Shown here: one piece after another, positions 1 to 8,237 of the stretch
How positions within the stretch are numbered: position 1 is the stretch's first letter
Layout: each line of letters starts with the position of its first letter
Program-made: the position numbers and the translations under genes
From: Clostridiaceae bacterium HFYG-1003
GTDB taxonomy: Bacteria > Bacillota > Clostridia > Clostridiales > Clostridiaceae
Direction of reading: 5' to 3'
NCBI GenBank assembly: GCA_024579835.1
Contig: CP102060.1
Span: 1,795,558 to 1,835,557 of the forward strand
Length of the DNA stretch: 40,000 bases
The notes under the pieces: model-generated
The model's database searches: none
The model's input: the letters and a program-made list of their open reading frames with translations, nothing else
What the model was told of the DNA's origin: nothing

Positions 1-1480
1 GGCTATGGTCCAGCCCGTCGCCGTAAGCTTCCCGCTGAGCGTTCAGCATCATCTCCTTGAGCCGGTCAGCAGACAAAGTGCGGTCCTTACGCTGCGCGAA
101 CAGATCCGATTCAAACAGATACCGGGAATAGATGTCCACGATAACCTGGGTGGCATCCGAGATGCTGGCTTCCAGTATCGCAATTTTCTCCTGGTCAGAC
201 GCTTCAGAAAGTGCTGCGTTGACCACGATGGTTTCATTGAAGATCGATGCCGTTTCTGCGATTGGCATCGGATAAGACGTATTTAAGATCGACTCATCCT
301 TCAGATTGAATCCATGATAACCGTGTCCCAGTTCATGGGCCAGAGTCGTCATATTGCTGAAGGAACCATTGAAATTTGACATAATTCTGGATTCCTTGAT
401 GACCGGCAGATTCAGGCAGAAGGCTCCGCCTCGCTTGCCCATGCGGGGCTCAACATCCAGCCATTCCTCATCGTAGGCCTTTTGGACATAGCCGGCCAGC
501 CGACTGCTGAATTTCCGGAAATTTCCGACGATGTAGCCAATCGCCTCATCATAAGTAAAGGTTCTTGACACTTCACCCATGGGCGCAAATAAATCATAGA
601 ATGGCAGACCGTCAGAATGTCCCAGGAGTTCTGCTTTGCGCCGGAGGTAACGGTGGAACCAGGGCAGATATTCGCGGATCACTCCGAGCAGTGAATCCAA
701 TGCCGCTGCTGTCATGCGGGAGTCTTCCAGCGTCTCCTCCAACGGAGAGGCATACCCCTTAAGCTCCGCCACCGTAATGACTTCGCCTTTTATGGCATTG
801 AGGGCGGCAGCTGATGTTTCCTCGACTGCTGCATAGGCCTTCTGTTCGCTGAAGTAAGCCTCCCGGCGCACCTGTGCATCACTGTGATAGGCCAGGTTTC
901 GCACCGCCGGCAGCGGCAGGCTCTGGCTCTTCCCGTCCAGAGGCACTTCGATGAGCAGGTTGGCCGTCAGATCGCCCTGAAGCTGGCCAAACGCCGTAGA
1001 CCCGGTATTTCTCAGCTTGCTGATCAGGACTTCCTCCGCTTCAGAAAGAAGATGATCTGTTTTTTTCTTATGCTCCTTCAGGAAGAACTCATGTTCCTGC
1101 AGGAACTGGCTTTCCTTCATGACCGACTCCAGATCAGACAGACCCTTTAAGTACTGGATCAGCCGCACTTCCAGCTGAGTCATCTCACCGGAAAGATTTT
1201 GCAGTCGGTTCATGGCCTGCTTGGCTGCTTCGTTCTTTGAGTCCACCGACAGCGTCAGATGGCTGAATGCACCCAGCCGGGCAGATAATTTTCTGATTTC
1301 CACCAGACGTCTGAGGTAATCCTCCAACGTCTCAACTGCTGAATCATTGCCACTCATCCGAAGATTTGTCCACTGGGTAAATTCTTTCAACCCGGTTTCA
1401 AGGCGATCAAAATCCTCCCTGAAATCATCTGTCTCAAACCCCTGATACAGCGAATCCAGATTCCATCGTAAACTTTTCAT
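1..1480 (-). CDS. pepF: Oligoendopeptidase F (M3B zinc metallopeptidase); C-terminal end runs off the left edge
   Basis: Absent from the ORF track because it has no stop inside the window. My translation of the minus strand from ATG 1480-1478 stays open to position 1 (MKSLRWNLDSLYQGFETDDF...). It contains NMTTLAHELGHGYH (HExxH zinc site); the M codon at 352 is in frame with 1480. Confidence 0.85.
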   Translation of the reverse strand, partial: MKSLRWNLDSLYQGFETDDFREDFDRLETGLKEFTQWTNLRMSGNDSAVETLEDYLRRLVEIRKLSARLGAFSHLTLSVDSKNEAAKQAMNRLQNLSGEMTQLEVRLIQYLKGLSDLESVMKESQFLQEHEFFLKEHKKKTDHLLSEAEEVLISKLRNTGSTAFGQLQGDLTANLLIEVPLDGKSQSLPLPAVRNLAYHSDAQVRREAYFSEQKAYAAVEETSAAALNAIKGEVITVAELKGYASPLEETLEDSRMTAAALDSLLGVIREYLPWFHRYLRRKAELLGHSDGLPFYDLFAPMGEVSRTFTYDEAIGYIVGNFRKFSSRLAGYVQKAYDEEWLDVEPRMGKRGGAFCLNLPVIKESRIMSNFNGSFSNMTTLAHELGHGYHGFNLKDESILNTSYPMPIAETASIFNETIVVNAALSEASDQEKIAILEASISDATQVIVDIYSRYLFESDLFAQRKDRTLSADRLKEMMLNAQREAYGDGLDHS

Positions 1481-1748
1481 TCCAAATCCTTTCTATCCCG
1501 AATGCGCGGTCATGATCTCTTTGCCCGCTCATTCAGTTCATATGATGGTCAGTCTCTCCGACAGGACCTCTTCCATCCATTGTACTCCCGGTCCAGTCTT
1601 GATTCCATCATCCCTCCGATGAAAGTGTTCTTTTCACTTCACAATCTATGCCCCTTCATCTGGATTGGACCAGCTCGTTTTAAGGAGATTCCCTTTGGCC
1701 ATTTCATTTGCTGTGATTTCTCATCGGGCCGCCAAAGTCAGCCATTCC

Positions 1749-2198
1749 TCAGGATTTTCTGCCGAATTTCTCTTCCAGAAATGCCATGCGCGCTTCCGGA
1801 TCATCCGAAATCGTCTCATCCAGCAGCTGATGCAGCAGCCAGACATGACCGTATGGATCCATAAAGCTGGCATTTTTCACACCGATCTCTGGAATGGGCG
1901 TAATCGGCTGAATCAGTGTGGCTCCGTTCTCCAGCGCTGTTTCAAGAATCCGATCCAGGTCTTCCACCATCAGATTAACCCAGAACGGCTTGTCTTCCTC
2001 CGGCAGCGGTGCAACCAGTCCATATTCCGGATTCTCGTCCAGCAGATGAAAACGGGTTTCAAACAAGACAAACACCGCCTCATTGAGTCCCCTTTCGAAA
2101 TTCGTCACTTCCAGGCGTTCCGCCCGGAACACCTTCTGATAAAAACTCATGGCTTTCACACTGTCGTGCACAACCAGATCGATCTCTACACCCGTCAT
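1749..2198 (-). CDS. VOC-family protein (glyoxalase / bleomycin-resistance fold, PhnB-like)
   Basis: 149-aa track ORF. GGAAGGTGA RBS lies just upstream of ATG 2198. Sequence such as EIDLVVHDSVKAMSFYQKVF...FMDPYGHVWLL looks like a single VOC domain. Confidence 0.75.
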   Translation of the reverse strand: MTGVEIDLVVHDSVKAMSFYQKVFRAERLEVTNFERGLNEAVFVLFETRFHLLDENPEYGLVAPLPEEDKPFWVNLMVEDLDRILETALENGATLIQPITPIPEIGVKNASFMDPYGHVWLLHQLLDETISDDPEARMAFLEEKFGRKS

Positions 2199-2267
2199 GG
2201 TCTCACCTTCCTATCCTTTTTTTCATGCCACCGGTTCCCACTCGAGCTGCAGCCGCGCTTTGCCGGA

Positions 2268-2900
2268 TTACTTCAGCCGGATGGGATGGCGCAGCACCGT
2301 TTTGAGCTTGCCCTGAGCTGTTCTTCTGGGATCACTCAAGTATATCTCATGATGCCTGCGCTCCCCTGACATATCGATCTCATAGCCCGATTCGGCGGCA
2401 AATCGATCCATGGCCCGAATCGTTTCCGGTTCCGCGTCATAGGATCCGATGTGCAGGACTTGAACACACAGGCCTTCGTGATACTCTTCCAGTCTTACGC
2501 CAGTCGGATCCAACTCCGGTTTCTTCCGCCGCAGAATGTCCAATGCTCCCGTCAGAACGGCCTCTGTCACAAATTCCGGCTGGCGGATCATGGCAGTCCA
2601 TATCAGATCCGCTTTGTTCAGCGGTATGGAATCCGGTCCGGTAAACAGTTGATCGTTCACCCGCCAGAGGCCCTCCAGGGGTGGCACGACGTATTCAAAC
2701 CAGCCGGGCCAGTCTTTGGTCATCTTGATGGTATAGGACAGGCCATACAGGACATTCAGGCTGTTCTGGTAGTCTGCACTGGTGTTTGGATTTCCCTGAC
2801 CGTCCATCATCAAGAATCGCATGGGCGGAACGTCCACAATCACAGGTTTTGTCTTTGGCTGATACAACTCCTTTTGCTCTTTCTTAAAATCATAAGCCAC
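2268..2900 (-). CDS. GyrI-like small-molecule-binding domain protein
   Basis: 210-aa track ORF with GTG start at 2900, 7 nt after AAGGAGG. The N-terminus (MAYDFKKEQKELYQPKTKPVIVDVPPMRFLMMDGQGNP) is typical of stand-alone GyrI-like proteins. Confidence 0.75.
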   Translation of the reverse strand: MAYDFKKEQKELYQPKTKPVIVDVPPMRFLMMDGQGNPNTSADYQNSLNVLYGLSYTIKMTKDWPGWFEYVVPPLEGLWRVNDQLFTGPDSIPLNKADLIWTAMIRQPEFVTEAVLTGALDILRRKKPELDPTGVRLEEYHEGLCVQVLHIGSYDAEPETIRAMDRFAAESGYEIDMSGERRHHEIYLSDPRRTAQGKLKTVLRHPIRLK

Positions 2901-3283
2901 TTATATTCCTCCTTAAGGTCACAGCGTCCTCTTCCAGAGAGCGCAACTCTGGATCTTGTTATTCACGAATCGAATGGGATGAGATTCCCAATCAGACAAC
3001 CTGAGTGAAGGGATCCCGCCGAACGATCCCACCTGAACATAGTACTGATCCCTCGGCATCGGCTTTCAGCCATTGCCTTCACACCGGTTCCGGCCGGATC
3101 CGTATTCAGTTCGATACAGGCTTCTCAAGTCCTGTAATCCGGACTTTCCTCAGCGATCGGATTGCCAGGAGGCGGGACCCTATGCACGAGAAAAAAATTC
3201 GGAGGAAATCCTTTGATTTAAGTATATGAAAAAAAGCTTGACCCAGTTGTGAAAAGAGTGTTGTTCACGTTTTATTTTCACTT

Positions 3284-3316
3284 AAAAAACAGACCGATCC
3301 GTCAAGGATCAGTCTG
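3284..3316 (-). terminator. Rho-independent terminator of the ferritin-like gene
   Basis: Stem 3290-3300 / 3306-3316 (CAGACCGATCC / GGATCAGTCTG, one mismatch), loop GTCAA. The A-run at 3284-3289 is a U-run on the minus strand. Confidence 0.65.
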
Positions 3317-3325
3317 CTTTCCGTT

Positions 3326-3808
3326 TTAGAATGGGGCGAAGGCATTGTCAGCCCACCAGTCTTCTTTCAGTTCCTGGTATTTTGCATCGAAGGCATCCCG
3401 ATGTGAAATCTCCCACTCCTGAAGTTTGTTGAATAACACTTTTTCTTCGTCGGTCTGGGCATCGGCGGCTGCCTTTGCGTAAAATTTCTGAGAGTCATCC
3501 TCCATCTTGGTGGCGATGGAGAAAGCAGCCAGTGCGAGAGACAGTTCTGCGGGGGTCAGATTGGAGAACTTAAAGATTCCCGGTGCGGGCACTTCCATCT
3601 CAGCCATTTTCAGGTTATCTTCTCTGGAGTTGGACATCAGCTTTTTCAGGTACTCAATGTGCTCCAGCTCTTCATTGGCGATATCCAGGAAGGTTTTCTT
3701 CACTTCGGGGCTGGTTACCTTTTCCGAATACATCTTATAAAACTGATAACCTTCTACTTCGTTCAGGATGGCCTGCTTGATGATCTCAAGATTTTTCTGG
3801 TTTTCCAT
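3326..3808 (-). CDS. Ferritin-like / rubrerythrin-family protein
   Basis: Track ORF 3326..3916. I moved the start to the internal ATG at 3808, which is preceded by AGGAGCGATCAA. The sequence MENQKNLEIIKQAILNEVEGYQFY...ANEELEHIEYL...LQEWEISH shows paired E..ExxH-type di-iron motifs. Confidence 0.75.
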   Translation of the reverse strand: MENQKNLEIIKQAILNEVEGYQFYKMYSEKVTSPEVKKTFLDIANEELEHIEYLKKLMSNSREDNLKMAEMEVPAPGIFKFSNLTPAELSLALAAFSIATKMEDDSQKFYAKAAADAQTDEEKVLFNKLQEWEISHRDAFDAKYQELKEDWWADNAFAPF

Positions 3809-3944
3809 TTGATCGCTCCTTATGTAAAGTATTACATCCTCATTATAGCGTAAATCCGCCGCAAACTTAGTAACGGTTTCGTTAATTCGGTTACCAGAGC
3901 AAGCTGGCGGGTTCATTGCCTATCCGATGCAGGAGCAGAGCTGA

Positions 3945-5192
3945 TCAGGATGAGAGGCGATGATGCCGGGCATATCCTCCGGCCAGTCCCAGGATGAAGT
4001 AGAACACAAACAGCGGTTTGGGCGACATCCAGTAGCTGTCCAGAATATTACCCAGATAGAATGCGATGATGGCCAGATATACACCATCCATTAAAAAAGA
4101 TCGGCTGGCGCGGTAAACCTGAGCCTTGGTGATGGAACGCATCATCCGGACCGAACCGCCAATCAGGAGGAACAGCGAAGCCAGTCCCGGAATGCCCTGT
4201 TCTGCGGCAAAGCGCAGAAACATGTTGTGGGCATGCCACAGTACTTTGATGTCATAATTGTTGAACATCTGGGGATTTGCTTCAAAAATTCGGACATAGC
4301 CCACCCGAAAGGCGTTGGCGCCCACTCCGAAGAACGGGTTTTCCCGAAACAGCATGGAAGCGACATGCCATACTTTGACCCGCTGAACATTCTGTTCGTA
4401 GGAGAAAATATCCAGCACCCGCTGCTGCAGCGTGGGGGTGACCACCACCACCATCGCCAGGAGTGCCAGCACCAGAATATACTTGGGATTATATTTCCAG
4501 ATGATATAGATCAGCATCACACCGATCACCACAATGCTTGAGCGGGACTGCGAAGTCAGGATTCCAGCCAGGCTGAACAGGGCCAGAACACCATACAGGA
4601 GGCGGCTTTTCCAATCCACGGCACTGCGCACCAGTGAAGCGCAGATCAGAAAAAACATCATGGCAATGATACCCAGATTGTTCGAATTTTCTATGGTTGA
4701 AATGAAGCGGTCGCGCACAATGGCCTCGTGCCTGACATAAGCCGAGGCATACTGCCAGACCAGGTAACCCATCGTTCCGGCGATGGCCAGTGTAAATGCC
4801 TGGAACAGCCGTTTTCGGTAATGCTCCTCGTTAAACTCGTATTTCATAGCCAGGTAAAGCATCAGCAAGTAGAAATACATCAAGCTGTTGCCCAGCGTAT
4901 CCAATCGGGCTTCCGACCAGATGGCGGAGAGAAATGACCACAGGGGGATAAACACCATGGCGAGGGTCGTTCTGCTGTGTCTGGCGTCACGCAGGCCCTC
5001 AACCAGTCGCTGTCTGGCCGGGGCATATAAATATAAGTAAATGCCGTACAAAATCAGCACACTGCATCCCAGCAGGATCGACTCACCGTATTCCAGCAGG
5101 AGAGATCCGACCACAAAAATCAGCAGCAGGCTGAACATGGCGGGACGGCTGTATGTATCTATGTAATTCCTTGATCTTAAGGTATAAGTCAT
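3945..5192 (-). CDS. O-antigen ligase / Wzy_C-family polytopic membrane protein
   Basis: 415-aa ORF with GAGGTGA RBS. It has many hydrophobic segments and a central loop (LTSQSRSSIVVIGV...FGVGANAF) typical of the O-antigen ligase family. Confidence 0.7.
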   Translation of the reverse strand: MTYTLRSRNYIDTYSRPAMFSLLLIFVVGSLLLEYGESILLGCSVLILYGIYLYLYAPARQRLVEGLRDARHSRTTLAMVFIPLWSFLSAIWSEARLDTLGNSLMYFYLLMLYLAMKYEFNEEHYRKRLFQAFTLAIAGTMGYLVWQYASAYVRHEAIVRDRFISTIENSNNLGIIAMMFFLICASLVRSAVDWKSRLLYGVLALFSLAGILTSQSRSSIVVIGVMLIYIIWKYNPKYILVLALLAMVVVVTPTLQQRVLDIFSYEQNVQRVKVWHVASMLFRENPFFGVGANAFRVGYVRIFEANPQMFNNYDIKVLWHAHNMFLRFAAEQGIPGLASLFLLIGGSVRMMRSITKAQVYRASRSFLMDGVYLAIIAFYLGNILDSYWMSPKPLFVFYFILGLAGGYARHHRLSS

Positions 5193-5388
5193 TTGATCAC
5201 CTCAGTCATTCCATTCTAAGTCCCGGCCTGTGTCTAGTCAAATTGCACGAAAGCGGATCCATGATCCCAGGTCCTCCGAGCTGCCGCCAGGGTCATATCT
5301 CTGCCTTGGTTCATATTCCTGAACATAAAGAAAGGGTCTGATCACTTTCGTGTCAAACCCTTCGATCGTTAAATTCCTCGAGCCGGTC

Positions 5389-5565
5389 TTAGAGCAGGAT
5401 TGCTCCGACTGGGCAGCTGTCAGCTGCTTCCTGAGCGGCTGGATCTGAAGTTTCAGCAACCAGAGCAACTGCTTTTCCGTCGTCTTCCATTTCGAAGATT
5501 TCAGGAGCAATGCTTGGGCAAAGGCCGCAACCGATACATAAGTCTTTATCAACTACTGGATTCAT
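5389..5565 (-). CDS. Small 4Fe-4S ferredoxin
   Basis: Track ORF 5389..5574 (GTG start). ATG 5565 is better placed after GGGGGTG. The CIGCGLCPSIAP...C cysteine pattern fits a single-cluster ferredoxin. Confidence 0.8.
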   Translation of the reverse strand: MNPVVDKDLCIGCGLCPSIAPEIFEMEDDGKAVALVAETSDPAAQEAADSCPVGAILL

Positions 5566-5794
5566 ATAATACACCCCCGTGTTTTTTTTACATATCCATT
5601 ATAACATCAGAAACCGCTTCGTAAAGGATTCCCCTGGATACAATATAAATAATATCGTTTTCTGGAATCCTGTCAAGCAGAATTGAAAATGCATCTTAAG
5701 TGTCTGGACTGCATCTGAAGCGGAAACTGCCGGCGCCTTTGATTTCGAACTTCCTGAACCATTGAGGCATCAGGAAAACTGGCTTTCCGATGGA

Positions 5795-6745
5795 TTACTC
5801 ACGAATCATCAGATCTTCCTCAATGAACTCGAAGGTGACTGAACCGGACTGGCTGCTCCCTCTGATGGAATGCTGCCCTTCTCCCGCAGTACCCGATGCT
5901 TCCAGCTCCGCATCATCCTGATGCACCCGGACATCGCCGGATTCGCTCGTAAAGCGGTATGCCAGATCAGAACCTCTGTAGTAAATCTCCATATGACCGG
6001 AATCCGTGGTCAGCACAAGATCATTCGTCAGATCGCCGAAATTAAGGCTGATTGAGCCGGATTTCGTCTTGAGGGATCCAGATAAATCTTCTCCCATAAT
6101 ATCGATGGAGCCACTGTCGGTCCGACACTGGAACTCCATGGGATCATCATTGAGAATCAGAATATCCCCTGAAGTTGTCTTGATTACTGCTTCTGTCAGA
6201 GTGGAATCGTAGATATTCAAATTACCGGACTTGGATTCCATCTGGATCCGATCGGCCTCAATTCCGGTAATCTGAACCGAACCTGAGACAGTTGCCAGCT
6301 CGAACTCACGAAATTGTTCCGCCGGCAGGGTGACAAGAGCATATAAGCCTGTCGCAGTAGGATTTTCCTTGATGACTGCAGCGACATCCAGATAGAGTGT
6401 ATCATCCGACTGCCGCCAGGACAGTAAATCGTCCAGCTCATTGGTGACATTTCCCTGAAGCCGGACTTGGAATTCCTCGCCGGATTCAACGGCAATATCC
6501 GCAAAGGACGACTTGAGGACAATATTGTGCACTTCGCCTTTGGGTGTTACCGTCATGGTTTGCTCCACGCTGCTGTATTCAGGAACCACTATGTCAATGT
6601 TCAGTTTTTTCAGATTCATTTCCACCATCCGTGCCAGATCGGCAACGGACAAACCGGCCTGTTGTGCTGAAATCACGCTCATGGCAAAACCTACCAGGCT
6701 TACGAGCAGCGCAAGCACCAGAAAAAGCTTCATTGTTTTACCCAT
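5795..6745 (-). CDS. DUF4097-type beta-strand-repeat protein with N-terminal membrane anchor or signal
   Basis: 316-aa ORF with GGAGGT RBS. The N-terminus MKLFLVLALLVSLVGFAMSV is hydrophobic. Repeated ..SG.I.I.. strands (TTSGDILIL, DSGSIDIM, KSGSISLN, DSGHMEIY, ESGDVRVH) are present. The start overlaps the upstream stop (ATGGGTAA). Confidence 0.7.
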   Translation of the reverse strand: MGKTMKLFLVLALLVSLVGFAMSVISAQQAGLSVADLARMVEMNLKKLNIDIVVPEYSSVEQTMTVTPKGEVHNIVLKSSFADIAVESGEEFQVRLQGNVTNELDDLLSWRQSDDTLYLDVAAVIKENPTATGLYALVTLPAEQFREFELATVSGSVQITGIEADRIQMESKSGNLNIYDSTLTEAVIKTTSGDILILNDDPMEFQCRTDSGSIDIMGEDLSGSLKTKSGSISLNFGDLTNDLVLTTDSGHMEIYYRGSDLAYRFTSESGDVRVHQDDAELEASGTAGEGQHSIRGSSQSGSVTFEFIEEDLMIRE

Positions 6746-7097
6746 GTCGTACCTCCACTCCGATCATCCGACGAATCATATCAATCACAAATCGAATGAC
6801 GAGGGTCACTCCAAATATAAACAGAATAAAGAACACCAGCGTAAGCGCTGTGATCCCGATTCCAAAAAATATGATGGATTCAGAAGGGATTCCCTGGATC
6901 AAAGTGGCTACTGCCGGCTCAATCTGCGCGATAACCGGAGCAGATGTCACCCCGATTGCCATCACCAGCGCTCCGAAAAGCAGAAGCAGTCCGGTCAGTA
7001 AAAATATGCCAAGCCCCACCACTACAGGAAGTCCCACCGTGAGTACGATAATCAACACAATAAGCTGGGTCATGAACGTTTTTTTCATCTGTACCAC
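6738..7097 (-). CDS. Small polytopic membrane protein, translationally coupled to the DUF4097 gene
   Basis: 119-aa ORF, almost entirely hydrophobic helices. Start is GTG 7097 or ATG 7088 (AAGGGTGG upstream). No family recognised. Confidence 0.55.
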   Translation of the reverse strand: MVQMKKTFMTQLIVLIIVLTVGLPVVVGLGIFLLTGLLLLFGALVMAIGVTSAPVIAQIEPAVATLIQGIPSESIIFFGIGITALTLVFFILFIFGVTLVIRFVIDMIRRMIGVEVRHG

Positions 7098-7136
7098 CCT
7101 TGTCCTATTGTTTATTTCAAATGTACCAATGGTTAA

Positions 7137-7153
7137 TTAACCTAAAATTAAAA
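7137..7153. repeat. Left copy of the 17-bp direct repeat TTAACCTAAAATTAAAA (candidate attL core)
   Basis: Exact match to 23945-23961. The flanking bases differ on both sides. Confidence 0.7.
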
Positions 7154-7251
7154 AAATGGACCTACCAGCAGTAACCTCAAACTATGAAAATGACTGTTTT
7201 GAACGGTTCTCGATAAAAATAACTTACCGTCATATACCTATGTCTATCTAT

Positions 7252-7277
7252 AATTTCTGACGAATTTCTGACGAAAA
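7252..7277. repeat. Left copy of the 26-bp repeat AATTTCTGACGAATTTCTGACGAAAA (tandem 11-mer x2; candidate integrase arm-type site)
   Basis: Exact match to 23885-23910. It lies 98 bp inside the left 17-mer. An inverted partial copy, CGTCAGAA, is at 7385-7392. Confidence 0.65.
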
Positions 7278-7288
7278 CGGAAAAAATT

Positions 7289-7318
7289 AAGAGTCTCGCA
7301 ATGAGACTCTTTTCTTTA
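7289..7318. terminator. Bidirectional hairpin terminator inside the attL arm
   Basis: 9-bp perfect stem AAGAGTCTC / GAGACTCTT with loop GCAAT. T-run TTTTCTTT follows on the plus strand and an A-run precedes it (a U-run on the minus strand). Confidence 0.6.
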
Positions 7319-7344
7319 CAGTTTCCAGTCGTGACCACAAGTGC

Positions 7345-7385
7345 ATAAAAAGAGTCATATGAAGCTCTCACACACTTCATATGAC
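7345..7385 (-). terminator. Hairpin with a minus-strand U-tract
   Basis: 11-bp perfect stem GTCATATGAAG (7354-7364) / CTTCATATGAC (7375-7385). On the minus strand it is followed by TCTTTTTATG. No obvious upstream minus-strand gene. Confidence 0.45.
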
Positions 7386-7881
7386 GTCAGAAGGTTTGTT
7401 CTTTACTATGGGAGGTAAAGCCATAATAATGAATGTCATTGGGTACCCCTAGACCTTTCGGTATAGAGAAGGGAAAAGAATGAAAATCGTACCGTTCTCA
7501 ACAACTTTTCTGTCTTTATATTATAATTTTACCTCGACAGATAATCCGCAGTTGAATGTGGATTTTTATCCAATCTCTCATTTCCGAAATGAACTTAAAT
7601 ATCATAATGGAAGTATCTTTAAATCTTTCTTTCATAATCCATTAATAACTTGTACCCCCTGATACAAGCTCTGGTATTATATTCAAAAATTGCAGATTAT
7701 TTTAATAAATAACGCAATTCAAATCGATTTATGAACGTTAAATCTATTATTAATTGCACAATTAAGATACACTTATTCCCAGAGGAGGCTCGTTCTTTTT
7801 TTATCAAGAAATCTGGTTTTGATGTGTACGGATATCCTATTGTTCAAATCACAAAGTAGTGATTAAGGGGAGTACTATTTT

Positions 7882-7938
7882 ATGATCCATCGATCTCATC
7901 GTTCTTATCTATTCTATTATCCTTTGCCATCTTTCTGA
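7882..7938 (+). other. Orphaned RBS and ATG of the RHS gene, now in the wrong frame
   Basis: AAGGGGAG lies 10 nt upstream of ATG 7882. That frame reads MIHRSHRSYLFYYPLPSF and stops at 7936-7938. The RHS frame is open from 7863 and encodes signal-peptide-like sequence there. Confidence 0.6.
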
Positions 7939-8237
7939 CAGCTTTTACGGGAATTTCGTTTCAAACCGTTCAGGCTGCACCACAGCCTGCTTCCGAACGA
8001 TCCGCCCCACCTTCAGAGGAAGAACTTGGACTAGCTGACAGTATTGACAAAGCGGACCTTGTAGAAATCTCATCACTACGCAGCCAAAACTCCAAGACCT
8101 TCCGAAATAAAAATGGCATTAATTTTGTTGCACTGTATGAGGATGCAGTCCACTATTGTGATGGCGACCAGTGGAAAAACATTGATAACACGATTAAACA
8201 AGAAAGCACCGTTGATGGGACTGAAACCATCGCCAAC

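Noticed and set aside
1665-2369. 234-aa plus-strand ORF.
   Set aside because: It runs antisense across the VOC gene, the intergenic gap and the GyrI-like gene, and has no RBS. The minus-strand genes have recognisable folds.
3139-3151. GAGGAAAGUCCGG on the minus strand, resembling RNase P RNA conserved region I.
   Set aside because: The other universally conserved RNase P elements, such as the ACAGAAnnCGGCUUA-type P4 3' strand and the GGGUGAAA region, are absent. The available non-coding space (about 330-380 nt, with a different helix following the motif) does not fit.
5389-5552. 104-aa minus-strand ORF (5238-5552) overlapping the ferredoxin gene.
   Set aside because: It is in an alternative frame to a ferredoxin with a clear CxxCxxC...C pattern and a good RBS, and has no motif of its own.
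6513-7140. 162-aa and 198-aa plus-strand ORFs.
   Set aside because: They are antisense shadows of the DUF4097 and membrane-protein genes.
7177-7380. 67-aa minus-strand ORF inside the attL arm.
   Set aside because: It has no RBS. It spans the 26-bp repeat and a terminator hairpin, and its composition is not protein-like.
7480-7662. 60-aa plus-strand ORF upstream of the RHS gene.
   Set aside because: It is AT-rich and low-complexity (F/S/N/Y-rich), has only a marginal purine-rich stretch upstream, and has no recognisable family. It may be real, but I cannot support it.
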